A DNA stretch of 52,236 nt from Candidatus Dormiibacterota bacterium (GTDB taxonomy: Bacteria > Chloroflexota > Dormibacteria > Aeolococcales > Aeolococcaceae): positions 1-52,236 of the forward strand of contig JBAPOS010000134.1 in assembly GCA_049279755.1 (NCBI GenBank), written 5' to 3'. Position 1 is the first letter of the stretch. Each line of letters opens with the position of its first letter. The notes below the pieces were generated by a model. The model was not told the DNA's origin and made no database searches. It saw only the letters and a list, made by a program, of their open reading frames with translations. This document shows positions 10,543 through 19,887 of the stretch, piece after piece. The translations under genes were made by a program, and so were the position numbers.

Positions 10543-12111
10543 ATGACACTTGTGATGGAACCCCTCGTCGAGACAAAGCCCGTAGACAGCAAGGTGTACA
10601 CGCCGCCCGGCCAACCTGGCAGCCTGGTCGAAGTCAAGCCCTTGTACGGCAACTTCATTGGCGGCCGCTGGGTGCCACCGGTCTTTGGCAAGTACATGCC
10701 AGACATCAGCCCAGTCAACGGCAAGGTGTTCTGCGAAGTGGCGAAATCGACAGCGGAAGATGTTGAGCTCGCGCTGGACGCCGCACACGCTGCAAAGGAC
10801 GCCTGGGGCGCCACCTCGCTCGCAGAACGCGCGGCCGTTCTGAATCGGATCGCCGATGCCATCGAGGCCAACCTCGAGATGCTGGCGGTGGCGGAGAGTT
10901 GGGAGAACGGCAAGCCGGTGCGCGAGACGCTCAATGCGGACCTGCCGCTCGCGGTTGATCACTTCCGGTACTTCGCCGGCGCGACTCGTTCCCTGGAAGG
11001 TCGAAGCACAGAGATTGACAAGGACACAGTCGCGTACCACTTCCACGAACCCCTCGGAGTGGTCGGGCAGATCATTCCGTTCAACTTCCCGCTGCTGATG
11101 GCCGCGTGGAAGATCGCTCCCGCATTGGCGGCAGGAAACTGCACGGTGCTCAAGCCGGCATCCCCGACGCCCTGGTCGATTCTCAAGCTCGCCGAGGTCA
11201 TCGAAGACATCGTGCCTGCAGGCGTGATCAACATCGTGACCGGCCCGGGTGGCGAGATTGGCAAGGCGCTCGCATCCAGCCCGCGCATCGCGAAGATCGG
11301 CTTCACCGGTGAGACCGTCACCGGCCGCTTGATCATGCAGTACGCCGCCCAGAACCTCATCCCCTCGACCGTCGAGTTGGGCGGCAAGTCGCCGAACATC
11401 TTCTTCGACGATGTGATGGCCGCGGATGATGATTTCCTCGACAAGGCGATCGAAGGCCTGGTTCTCTACGCCTTCAACAAGGGCGAGGTCTGCACTTGCC
11501 CGTCACGTGCCCTGATCCAGGAGTCGATCTACGACCGGTTCATGGAGCGCTGCCTGGCTCGCATCCACGCGATCAAGCAGGGCAACCCGCTCGACGTGAG
11601 CACGATGGTCGGCGCGCAGAACTCCGCGCAGCAACTCGAGAAGATCGAATCCTACGTCAAGATCGGACGTGGGGAAGGCGCGAAGTGCCTGATCGGCGGC
11701 GCACGCCCGAGCGTCGACGCGGAACTCGCGGATGGGTACTACTTCCAGCCAACAGTCCTGGAAGGCAACAACAAGATGCGTGTCTTCCAAGAGGAGATCT
11801 TCGGCCCGGTCCTCGCGGTGACAACCTTCAAGGACGAAGCCGAGGCAATTGCGCTCGCCAACGACACCCTGTACGGCCTCGGAGCCGGTGTCTGGACGCG
11901 CGATGGAAGCCGAGCCTACCGCATGGGACGCGCCATCAAAGCCGGGAGGGTCTGGACCAACTGCTACCACCTGTACCCGGCGGGTGCCGCCTTCGGCGGA
12001 TACAAGATCTCGGGCGTCGGGCGCGAGAATCACCAGATGATGCTGGAGCACTACTCGCAGACGAAGAATCTGCTGGTGAGCTACAGCGCCAAGGCGCTGG
12101 GCTTCTTCTAG
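10543..12111 (+). CDS. NAD(P)-dependent aldehyde dehydrogenase
   Basis: ORF 10537..12111. ATG 10543 lies 7 nt after GGAGG (10531-10535). Motifs [11 protein letters not shown] and catalytic-Cys [12 protein letters not shown]. Confidence 0.9.
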   Translation: MTLVMEPLVETKPVDSKVYTPPGQPGSLVEVKPLYGNFIGGRWVPPVFGKYMPDISPVNGKVFCEVAKSTAEDVELALDAAHAAKDAWGATSLAERAAVLNRIADAIEANLEMLAVAESWENGKPVRETLNADLPLAVDHFRYFAGATRSLEGRSTEIDKDTVAYHFHEPLGVVGQIIPFNFPLLMAAWKIAPALAAGNCTVLKPASPTPWSILKLAEVIEDIVPAGVINIVTGPGGEIGKALASSPRIAKIGFTGETVTGRLIMQYAAQNLIPSTVELGGKSPNIFFDDVMAADDDFLDKAIEGLVLYAFNKGEVCTCPSRALIQESIYDRFMERCLARIHAIKQGNPLDVSTMVGAQNSAQQLEKIESYVKIGRGEGAKCLIGGARPSVDAELADGYYFQPTVLEGNNKMRVFQEEIFGPVLAVTTFKDEAEAIALANDTLYGLGAGVWTRDGSRAYRMGRAIKAGRVWTNCYHLYPAGAAFGGYKISGVGRENHQMMLEHYSQTKNLLVSYSAKALGFF

Positions 12112-12131
12112 AAGTCGAGATCGGTAACGGC

Positions 12132-12506
12132 ATGAGCGATCACACCTCCACGGCGCGTGCAACCGCGCGTGTGGTCGCTACGCCGGCCGCCTTGCGAGCG
12201 ATTGGTCGCCTGGTTGCTCAGCGAGGCCCCATCATGTTCTTTCAGTCGGGAGGCTGCTGTGATGGCAGCCTCCCGATCTGTTTCGATCTCGGAGAGTTCG
12301 TCCTGAGTGACCATGACATCTTGCTCGGCGATGTCGGTGGCTGTCCCTTTTACATCGACCACCGTCAATTCGAGGCGTGGAAGCACACGCAGCTCATCCT
12401 CGACGTGAGCGATGGCCTTCCCGAAGGCTTCTCGCTGCCAGCGGGGACGGACCAGCACTTCGTGACGAACTCTCGCCTCTATCGCCACGAGAAGACGTCG
12501 GGGTAG
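12132..12506 (+). CDS. DUF779-family protein (usual companion of aldehyde dehydrogenase)
   Basis: In-frame ATG 12132 within ORF 11496..12506. FFQSGGCCDGSLPICF...GGCPFYID matches my recollection of DUF779. Confidence 0.7.
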   Translation: MSDHTSTARATARVVATPAALRAIGRLVAQRGPIMFFQSGGCCDGSLPICFDLGEFVLSDHDILLGDVGGCPFYIDHRQFEAWKHTQLILDVSDGLPEGFSLPAGTDQHFVTNSRLYRHEKTSG

Positions 12507-12732
12507 GGTCGCGGTACGCGCCGCGCTGTGTCAGGACCATTGATGCTGGCGCTCATGTATCTCGCCGTCTAGGTGGCTTGGAAGTGACTTCCGCCCGTGA
12601 GCCCATCCCTCCATAGGTCCCGGAATTCCACAACCTGTTGCTCTGGCAGAAGCCTGGCAACTCGGCAAGCATGTGTTTCAACAGCCCCAGAGTGCCCTCA
12701 CTGTGAAGCAACTCATCAACGGAGGACGCGCG

Positions 12733-13026
12733 ATGCCATCCTTGGTCGACGCCGCACCACGAGAGGTCCACGTTACGATCCCCTATTCCATCCATGACGT
12801 CGACTCCATCGCCAGGCAGGCTGGGTTCGCGGTGAGTCACGACGAGGCCACTGCGATCCTCGATCACATTGACCGTGAGACCGCCACCGTGGCACGGTCG
12901 GCTGCTGCTGCGGCCATAGACGCGCGGATCGCCGAGCTCGTTGAGGTGGTTCGGAGCGCACACCTGGCGCCGAGCAGGAGCGCCTCGGATGGATCGACGT
13001 GGCCTCGGCGTCTGTCGATGTGCTAG
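12733..13026 (+). CDS. Hypothetical protein (97 aa)
   Basis: ATG 12733 is preceded by GGAGGA at a suitable distance. Codon third-position GC is coding-like. No motif recognised. A competing antisense ORF (12553..13071) looks compositionally worse. Confidence 0.45.
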   Translation: MPSLVDAAPREVHVTIPYSIHDVDSIARQAGFAVSHDEATAILDHIDRETATVARSAAAAAIDARIAELVEVVRSAHLAPSRSASDGSTWPRRLSMC

Positions 13027-13073
13027 TCGAAAGATCGACTTGCAGACAGTGACGAACCCCGGCGGCGCCAAAC

Positions 13074-14702
13074 GTGGTTGAGGCTACCTCTCCGTCGAGC
13101 CTTGGCAAGCGCCACGAGACTCGCGGGTCGGGTAATCGCATTACCAACTCAAGCGCGCAGGTTGGGTTGCTCGGCTTCGCGGCAGCATCAGCGATCGGGT
13201 TCGCTGCGGCAATCGTCGCGGCGCCATACGCCAGACCGCACCTGACCATGGCGGGGGCAATCGTCGCAGGTGTCACGGTGGCGATCGCGATTCCTGTGTC
13301 GCGCTGGCCGCGTCTGGCGCCCCTGGTCGTCGTGACACTTCTCTACTACGCTGCTTTGACGCTCCTTGTTCTAGGTGCCGGCGGCCAAAGCGAGGGGCTT
13401 CTCGCTTTGGCCGCTATTCCCCTCGTCGCAAGTGCCTTGTACGGTCGGCCAAGCCTGACGATCACCGCTCTCGTCGCAGCCACAGCGACCCTGGGCTCCG
13501 ATGGACTCATCAACCGGCTCAGCGTCGCGGACTACGCGCAACTCCTCGTCGTGTGGCCGATCACCGGAGTGGGGATTGCGTACGCAACGTATCAACTGCG
13601 CTCCCGACTCGAACAGACGGTGAACGAGCGCTCAGAAACCATTCAGCACGACGCGGTGCTGGCGTTGATCGCTGATGAAATGTACGCCACACTCGACAAA
13701 GACGAAGTCCTCCGGCTCGGGGTCCAGAGCGCTGCCCGCCTCACCGATCTGGCGGGTCAGGCCCAGTCGAAGGCAGGCTTCTTCCTCGTTGACGGCGATC
13801 GAGCGACTCTGGTCGCCTTCTACGATCCTGATCTGGGCGGCGCAGCCCTTTCCGACAAGCGAATCGGTGACCTGAGCGTCTCGCTCCTGAGCACGGTCCA
13901 TTTGCATCAGGCGGCTGCGAGTCATGAGGATCGGCTCTTCATTCTTGATCACAATAGCTACGCGCCGCCGGAAATCGCGGCGATGCTCGCCGAACTCGAC
14001 GTTGAGACCGCAATCGTGCAACTGGTCCGCGTCGGAGACGATGCCAGCGGGCTCCTCGCCGTCTTCAAGAGCGATGCATCGGCGCCGGGATACAGCCACG
14101 CACAAGGCGAGTGGCTCCGAGCCTTGACGCCGCTCTTCGAGCTTGCCCTCTCGAGAGCGTTGGTCTTTGAGGCAGCGGCCACCATCGACGAATTGACGGG
14201 CATCGCCAATCGCCGTGAGTTCGATCGCCGGTTGGCGAGTACGCCTCGGCGCGCTGAATACTCGCTCCTCGCCATCGATATCGACAAGCTTAAGGTGATG
14301 AACGACACATACGGGCACAAGGCAGGGGATGAGTTGCTGCAGGCTGTGGCTGGAGCGTTGCGACGATCCGTGCGTCGTGGGGACGTGGCCGCGAGGGTGG
14401 GCGGTGATGAGTTTTCGGTCCTCCTGTCCGACGCCGATCCCGGTCATGCCGAGGCTGTTGCCGACCGGGTCCTTGCCGAGTTGGCAAAGAGCAGCGTGCG
14501 CGACCAGCTGCCAAGCGTCAGCATCGGAATCGCCGGTTTCGATAGCGGCGAGGACGCCGCGGCGCGGATCGCGGCCGCGGACCGGGCCCTCTACGAGGCA
14601 AAGGCTGCCGGTGGGAATCGAGCCGCTCATGCTGCGGGAACCAACATCCCAACCCAGATCTGCGCCCCTGTGGCTCTACCCGGTGTGGTTGGCGATGTGT
14701 GA
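13074..14702 (+). CDS. Membrane-anchored diguanylate cyclase (multi-TM N-terminus, GAF-like middle, GGDEF)
   Basis: GTG start. The hydrophobic N-terminal third is followed by DELTGIANRREFDRRL and an intact GGDEF (RVGGDEFSVLL). An RxxD I-site (RRGD) lies five residues upstream. Confidence 0.85.
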   Translation: MVEATSPSSLGKRHETRGSGNRITNSSAQVGLLGFAAASAIGFAAAIVAAPYARPHLTMAGAIVAGVTVAIAIPVSRWPRLAPLVVVTLLYYAALTLLVLGAGGQSEGLLALAAIPLVASALYGRPSLTITALVAATATLGSDGLINRLSVADYAQLLVVWPITGVGIAYATYQLRSRLEQTVNERSETIQHDAVLALIADEMYATLDKDEVLRLGVQSAARLTDLAGQAQSKAGFFLVDGDRATLVAFYDPDLGGAALSDKRIGDLSVSLLSTVHLHQAAASHEDRLFILDHNSYAPPEIAAMLAELDVETAIVQLVRVGDDASGLLAVFKSDASAPGYSHAQGEWLRALTPLFELALSRALVFEAAATIDELTGIANRREFDRRLASTPRRAEYSLLAIDIDKLKVMNDTYGHKAGDELLQAVAGALRRSVRRGDVAARVGGDEFSVLLSDADPGHAEAVADRVLAELAKSSVRDQLPSVSIGIAGFDSGEDAAARIAAADRALYEAKAAGGNRAAHAAGTNIPTQICAPVALPGVVGDV

Positions 14703-14800
14703 CCAACGGCACTGGTGGGTCGTTGCGCGGAAGACGATCATCGAACCGTGAAGCCAAGGGCTCCCGGTGAATGGACCCACCGCCTGCACAGGAGGTTGCC

Positions 14801-15289
14801 ATGACTCCGACAACAGCCATGACCGCCGGCGGCGTACTGAGCGCTGAAGCGGCATCGCTCGGCTCGCGGGTGCATGAGATCCGCGGGCTGATCCGCGCAT
14901 TGCCTGACCTCACCGAGGAAGACGTGGTCGACGCCCTCGCCCGGCTTCGTCCATTCATCAACTATCTCGCCGCGCATGGACCCGCAGAGGAGCACATCCT
15001 CTATCCCTACGCTGCGAGCGTCAATGGGACCGGTTTGACTTCCCTCCGTCGCGACCACATGCGGCTCGAGGAGCTCGCCACGGCGATCGCCGCGTGGACC
15101 TCGGCCATGGGTCGAGCGAAGCTGGCTCTGCTCCTCACCGCCTTCTGCGACACCGCGGAGGCGCATCTCGCCCTTGAAGCCGAGCGCTGCTTCTCAGTCG
15201 TGCACAAGCACAGCTCTGCGAGGTCGGAGCGCTACCTGTACGGGGAGCTCGAGATCGAGACCTTCGAAACGGCGCGCGGGGCGACCTGA
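14801..15289 (+). CDS. Hemerythrin-like (HHE cation-binding) domain protein
   Basis: ATG 14801 follows AGGAGG (14790-14795). H/E-rich helices are present (HGPAEEHILYPY, DHMRLEEL, EAHLALEAE). The family call is by motif resemblance only. Confidence 0.55.
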   Translation: MTPTTAMTAGGVLSAEAASLGSRVHEIRGLIRALPDLTEEDVVDALARLRPFINYLAAHGPAEEHILYPYAASVNGTGLTSLRRDHMRLEELATAIAAWTSAMGRAKLALLLTAFCDTAEAHLALEAERCFSVVHKHSSARSERYLYGELEIETFETARGAT

Positions 15290-15309
15290 TAGCCGCAAAG
15301 GAGGACGGA

Positions 15310-15603
15310 GTGTCGAAAGAGAACCACACGATTCGGGTCTGGGCCTGGAGGGAGGGGACGCGTGAGCTGGTGTTCTCGGTGAACACTCCAAGCGCCCGGC
15401 GTGCCGGGCTGTCTCACGTCCGCAAACTGCAGGAAGACCCGACGGTCAATCGCATCGAGATGCGCGAGCATCTGGTCACCGTCGATGGCGACGAGGCGGC
15501 GCTCCCCAGCGGCATTCGCGGCAGTCTGGGTTGGGAGCGCACCGATGGTCGGTGGCGCAGGATTCGAACCAGCGAGGCGCACCTCGAGCGCCGCCGAGGC
15601 TGA
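15310..15603 (+). CDS. Hypothetical protein (97 aa)
   Basis: The GTG start is preceded by AAGGAGG. It lies 20 nt after the hemerythrin-like gene and 13 nt before the USP gene (operon-like packing). No motif recognised. Confidence 0.5.
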   Translation: MSKENHTIRVWAWREGTRELVFSVNTPSARRAGLSHVRKLQEDPTVNRIEMREHLVTVDGDEAALPSGIRGSLGWERTDGRWRRIRTSEAHLERRRG

Positions 15604-15616
15604 GAGGGACAGAGGC

Positions 15617-16069
15617 ATGTTCACCAAGATCCTCGTTGCTTTTGACCGATCCACCCATGCGCGCGCGGCTCTGACAGAGGCGGTGGACATTGCGCGAACC
15701 CAGAACGCAACGCTGACCATCCTCACCGCGTATTCGACGTATTTGGCGTGGCCGGGGGTGGGTCTCGGCGGGCTCAGCCAATCCATCTACGACGAAGTGG
15801 TGGCAGCGTCGCGTGCGGCAGGACAGGCGGTCCTCGACGAGGCCGTCAAACAGCTACCGGGCGAGATGAAGGCCGCCACCCGCCTTGTCGACTCCTCCGC
15901 TCCTGAGGCGATCCTTGACGAGAGCAACGCGGGCGGCTATGACCTCGTTGCCCTGGGTTCGCGAGGCCTTGGAGACGTCGGCTCCCTCTTTCTGGGGAGC
16001 GTGAGCCACCGTGTCTTGCACAGCAGCCGGATCCCGGTGCTGATCGTGACGGCGCGGGCCGCCGTCTGA
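15617..16069 (+). CDS. Universal stress protein (single UspA domain)
   Basis: In-frame ATG 15617 of ORF 15401..16069. MFTKILVAFDRSTHARAAL...LVALGSRGLG...GSVSHRVLHSSRIPVLIV. Confidence 0.85.
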   Translation: MFTKILVAFDRSTHARAALTEAVDIARTQNATLTILTAYSTYLAWPGVGLGGLSQSIYDEVVAASRAAGQAVLDEAVKQLPGEMKAATRLVDSSAPEAILDESNAGGYDLVALGSRGLGDVGSLFLGSVSHRVLHSSRIPVLIVTARAAV

Positions 16070-16155
16070 AGGGTGACGACCGCGGATCAGTGTCCCTGAA
16101 TCACGACGAGCGCCATCGACGACGGGCAACTTTCGCGCACGCCTATCGCCGGGGT

Positions 16156-16395
16156 TCAGCGTGGGCTCTGCGGGCCCTGGGCAAGCGTCAGCGGGCAGCG
16201 CCCCGGCTCCATGTTCGTCACTGTGAACGACACCTCAGGGCCTGGCGGATCTCCCACGCCGATGACGTGCAGCCCCGCGCAGATGTAGGGCGGCGCGTCG
16301 CTCACTGGACAGCGGCCTTCCGATGTCGGCCCGCTGCACTCTTCGAGTACCTGGTCTGTCGAGGGGTCGAGCATGACGTACCTTTGGCGTTCCAT
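16156..16395 (-). CDS. Hypothetical small protein (79 aa, 4 Cys)
   Basis: ORF 16156..16470 trimmed to ATG 16395 (MERQRYVMLDPS...). High third-position GC. No family recognised. The competing plus-strand ORF 16090..16431 is Arg-rich. Confidence 0.35.
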   Translation of the reverse strand: MERQRYVMLDPSTDQVLEECSGPTSEGRCPVSDAPPYICAGLHVIGVGDPPGPEVSFTVTNMEPGRCPLTLAQGPQSPR

Positions 16396-16473
16396 GTGAG
16401 GAGCATGCCGCTGACCACGAAGCGGGGCTAGTGCCGAAGGTCGTCGATGTGCGAGGACTTTCGGACACACATG

Positions 16474-16890
16474 TCAGGTCGCGGGGATGCGTCGGCCAGT
16501 CACCTCATCCATCGAGATCTCCACCCAATGTGCGGTGGAACGCGTTGCCCAGGAGCGCAGCGGTCCACGTCGAAGTTCGTCCAACCGGCTCTCGTCGGTG
16601 ATCTCGTGAGCGGTCCCTCTGACGACGACGCTCCAGCCGGCGTGGTACAGCGGACGGCTGTCATCGACTTCGAACACGACGGCCGCGCCGCCACCGATCG
16701 CACTCAGTTTCGTGCCCGGCTCAGTGCAGAACACGACGGAAGCGTCGTCGGCGAGGTAGTTGACGGGGAGGATCATCGGCCGCCCATCGACCACGAAGCC
16801 AATTCTTCCCACGTACGCATGGAGTTGCAGAAGTTCGACGGCCTCGGCTCGTTCCAGCTCCTGAACCCTCGTCTGAGGCTGGCTCTCCAC
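16474..16890 (-). CDS. Pyridoxamine 5'-phosphate oxidase-family (flavin/F420-binding split-barrel) protein
   Basis: AEAVELLQLHAYVGRIGFVVDGRPMILPVNYL...VVFEVD...GWSVVVRG is typical of the PNPOx-like family. It lies 11 nt downstream of the response regulator gene (operon). Confidence 0.75.
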   Translation of the reverse strand: MESQPQTRVQELERAEAVELLQLHAYVGRIGFVVDGRPMILPVNYLADDASVVFCTEPGTKLSAIGGGAAVVFEVDDSRPLYHAGWSVVVRGTAHEITDESRLDELRRGPLRSWATRSTAHWVEISMDEVTGRRIPAT

Positions 16891-16901
16891 TCGGTCTCCT
16901 C

Positions 16902-17576
16902 TCAGGTCCAGTCGTTCGTGTCGCGCTTCTTGAGGCTTCGCCGGGCCATGAACGCGGCGGCCTCCGCACGCCGCGACAGCCCCAGTTTCATGAGGATGTT
17001 GGACACGTAGTTCTTCACGGTTTTCTCAGCGAGGAATACCTTCTCGGCGATCTGACGGTTGGTCATCCCTTCGGCGACCAGGTCGAGAATCTTTCGCTCC
17101 TGCGGGGTCAGCTCGGCGATGCCCTCATCGAGCTGCGCTCCGTCTCCGCGGAGTCGAGCCAGTACGCGTGCGGTCACCGTGGGGTCGAGCAACGATTCGC
17201 CTCGGGCCACCTGGCGGATGGCGCCAACCAGGTCGCCACCACGTACCTGCTTGAGAACGAATCCAGCCGCGCCGGCCATGATCGAGCTGAAGAGAGCCTC
17301 GTCGTCGGAATGCGCGGTCAACATCAGCACCTTCGTATCGGGAAACGCAGATCTGATCTCACGACACGCCTCGATGCCGGATCGACCCGGAAGACGGACG
17401 TCCATGATCACGACATCAGGGCGACTCGACTCGACCGCCTTGAGCGCGGCATCGGCATCGGCGGCCTCGGCGACCACGGCGATACCTCCGACACCGTCCA
17501 GGATGCTGATGAGTCCGCGGCGTACCAGTTCGTGATCGTCGCAGAGCATGACCCGGATGGCGGGCTCGTCAGGCAC
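16902..17576 (-). CDS. NarL/LuxR-family response regulator, DosR/DevR-like
   Basis: Receiver domain (RVMLCDDHELVRRGL...DVVIMDVRLPG...KVLMLTA) plus a LuxR HTH (LTPQERKILDLVAEGMTNRQIAEKVFLAEKTVKNYVSNILMKLG). Confidence 0.9.
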   Translation of the reverse strand: MPDEPAIRVMLCDDHELVRRGLISILDGVGGIAVVAEAADADAALKAVESSRPDVVIMDVRLPGRSGIEACREIRSAFPDTKVLMLTAHSDDEALFSSIMAGAAGFVLKQVRGGDLVGAIRQVARGESLLDPTVTARVLARLRGDGAQLDEGIAELTPQERKILDLVAEGMTNRQIAEKVFLAEKTVKNYVSNILMKLGLSRRAEAAAFMARRSLKKRDTNDWT

Positions 17577-17692
17577 GTCTGAACTCTACCAGCGCGCGCG
17601 GGAAGTGACCGGTCAACGGGCCCGACGCATTCGTGACCTTTTCCCCTGGCCACCAGATGCAGCCTGCCTCAGGATCAATGCATAGGGACCAC

Positions 17693-18184
17693 ATGAACAC
17701 AATGCTCCTCCACGACTTCGCTTACGTACCCGTGCCAGCCGAGCAGGTCTGCGACCGCATCCTGGCTGAGGACCATGGCTGGCTTTCGCCGCTGGCTGCC
17801 GCGGCCATGGGCGAGGGTGAGGCACTCCGGCTGCGGGTCGGCCCCCTGCGCGGGCTCCCGATGCTCAGTAAGACAGTCAGTCTGGAGGTTGGAGCGCCGC
17901 TGCGACGAGGCGAGGTGACGGTCGTGCCGCTCACGTGGAAGGCGACGGCCGCTCCGGGACTGTTTCCAGTCCTCAGCGCGGACCTCGAGATCGCGCCACT
18001 GGATCCCGACCTCACCCAGCTGACCATTCAAGGACGGTACGAGCCGCCGCTCGGAGCCGTGGGGCGACGAATCGACAGGCTCCTCATGCACCGCGTCGCC
18101 GAGGCGAGCGTCAGGGCGTTTCTCAGCCGGCTCGCATCCACCCTCGCAGGCGAGCACCCGCCAGTGGCGATCGGAAACCTGTAA
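17693..18184 (+). CDS. Hypothetical protein (possibly SRPBCC-like fold)
   Basis: In-frame ATG 17693 of ORF 17633..18184. Codon bias is coding-like. The fold guess is weak. It sits between the divergent regulator gene and the kinase gene. Confidence 0.45.
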   Translation: MNTMLLHDFAYVPVPAEQVCDRILAEDHGWLSPLAAAAMGEGEALRLRVGPLRGLPMLSKTVSLEVGAPLRRGEVTVVPLTWKATAAPGLFPVLSADLEIAPLDPDLTQLTIQGRYEPPLGAVGRRIDRLLMHRVAEASVRAFLSRLASTLAGEHPPVAIGNL

Positions 18185-18270
18185 GGGCCCCACGTTCGTC
18201 AAGGGACAGCCTCAGAAAAGGGGTCGCGCCGGTCGTGGATGCTGTTGAGCGGGGCTATGATCCGGCCTCG

Positions 18271-19887
18271 ATGGGACTCAGCGGCAGCCGCGCCGAGCGC
18301 CTCCTCGACACCGGGCTGGCGCTGGCTGCCGACCTGTCCCTTCCCACTCTGCTTCAGCGCATCGTCGATCTCGCCGTCGAGCTGACCGGCGCTCAGTACG
18401 GTGCCGTGGGCGTGTTGGCGCCGGACGGAGTGGAACTCAGCGACTTCATCACGAGCGGGCTGAGCGAACAGCAGCGCACAGCGATCGGCGATCTCCCCCG
18501 CGGACGTGGGATCCTCGGCGTTCTCATTCGTGAGCCGACGGTGCTGCGACTCCAGGACATCGGACAGGATCCGCGCTCAGCGGGCTTTCCACCGAATCAT
18601 CCGCCGATGCGCTCTTTTCTGGGCGCACCGATCCGCGCCCACGGACGTGTGTTCGGCAACATCTATCTCACTGATAAGCAGGGCGCATCGGAATTCTCCG
18701 ACGATGACGAGGCGGCGACCCTGATCCTTGCGACCCAGGCGGGCGTGGCGATCGCCAACGCCCAGCTGTATGACGAGCTGCGACTTCGTGAGCGCTGGTT
18801 GGACTCGGTTCGCGAGGTGGCCACGACGCTGCTGGCCGGCGACACGGCGCGTGCCGCTCTTCAGTTGGTGGCCCAGCACGCTCGAGAGCTAGGCAATGCC
18901 GACATGGCCACCATCAGCGTTCCCGAAGGGGAGGGGCTGCGCATCATCATCGCCGATGGCGCGGGCGCCGACGGGCTCCTCGACGTGAAGGTGCCGCTGT
19001 CCGGTTCGTTGTCGGCCGAGGTGATTCGCACCGAACGGACAATGGTCGTCGCCGACGCGAGCCGATCGCCATTGACGCAGCCGATGGTCAGCGCCGCCGG
19101 CGTGGGGCCCATGATCCTGGTGCCACTCGCCTTGCGCACGAGCACCGCCGGAGTCCTGGCCGTTGGTCGTACCGCCGGGCGTCCCCGATTCGCGGCGGCA
19201 GACATCCCACTCCTGGAAAGCTTTGCAGAGCAGGCAAGCCTGGCGCTCGAGTACGCACGCGCGCTCTCAGAGTTGTCGCGTCTCGGCATGATCGAGGACA
19301 GGGAACGTATAGCGCGCGACCTGCATGACGGTGTCATTCAGTCGCTGTTCGCTGTGGGCATCGGTCTGCAGGGGACCGCTGCCGTCGTCGGCGACGTGCG
19401 ACTCGCCGATCGGATCCAGCAATTCGTCACCGAGATCGACCGGGTCATCGGCGACGTGCGCAGCTACATCTTCGGATTGCGTCCAACATCGCTGAGTGCC
19501 GGCAACCTCACCAACACGCTGGAACAGATTGGACACGAGACCGAGGAGCGAACCGGTGTCACCGTGATCGTCGACGTGGACGGATCCCTCGAAGCACCGC
19601 TCGCCCGCGGCTCAGCCGAGGTGATTCACATCGTTCGAGAGGCGCTCTCGAATGTCGGGCGTCACGCCGCAGCGACGACCTGCCGAGTCTCACTGCGCCG
19701 CGACGGCTCGTCGGCCGTGATCGAGGTTGACGACGATGGTCGGGGGTTCGATCGCGAGTCGACGCTGAGCGGGCTCGGCATGGGCAACCTCGCGGAGCGC
19801 GCCTCCGCCATTGGCGGAACGCTTGAGGTGGATTCCGAGCCTGGTCGAGGTACAACCATCCGGGTCACGGTTCCGCTCGACCCTTGA
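18271..19887 (+). CDS. Double-GAF sensor histidine kinase, DosS/DevS-like (GAF-GAF-HisKA_3-HATPase)
   Basis: In-frame ATG 18271 of ORF 17935..19887; the upstream extension is Arg/Pro-rich. GAF motifs include GFPPNHPPMRSFLGAPI...FGNIYLTDK. H-box RERIARDLHDGVIQSLF. ATPase G-boxes DDDGRGF and GLGMGNLAERA. Confidence 0.85.
   Translation: MGLSGSRAERLLDTGLALAADLSLPTLLQRIVDLAVELTGAQYGAVGVLAPDGVELSDFITSGLSEQQRTAIGDLPRGRGILGVLIREPTVLRLQDIGQDPRSAGFPPNHPPMRSFLGAPIRAHGRVFGNIYLTDKQGASEFSDDDEAATLILATQAGVAIANAQLYDELRLRERWLDSVREVATTLLAGDTARAALQLVAQHARELGNADMATISVPEGEGLRIIIADGAGADGLLDVKVPLSGSLSAEVIRTERTMVVADASRSPLTQPMVSAAGVGPMILVPLALRTSTAGVLAVGRTAGRPRFAAADIPLLESFAEQASLALEYARALSELSRLGMIEDRERIARDLHDGVIQSLFAVGIGLQGTAAVVGDVRLADRIQQFVTEIDRVIGDVRSYIFGLRPTSLSAGNLTNTLEQIGHETEERTGVTVIVDVDGSLEAPLARGSAEVIHIVREALSNVGRHAAATTCRVSLRRDGSSAVIEVDDDGRGFDRESTLSGLGMGNLAERASAIGGTLEVDSEPGRGTTIRVTVPLDP

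Noticed and set aside
17935-18270. N-terminal extensions of track ORFs (for example the kinase from 17935, NuoF-like from 35112, the 4Fe-4S protein from 3395, ORF 27035, ORF 39248, ORF 22409)
   Set aside because: The extensions overlap neighbouring genes or are Arg/Pro-rich. Internal starts with SD sequences or stop/start coupling fit the conserved N-termini of the families better.
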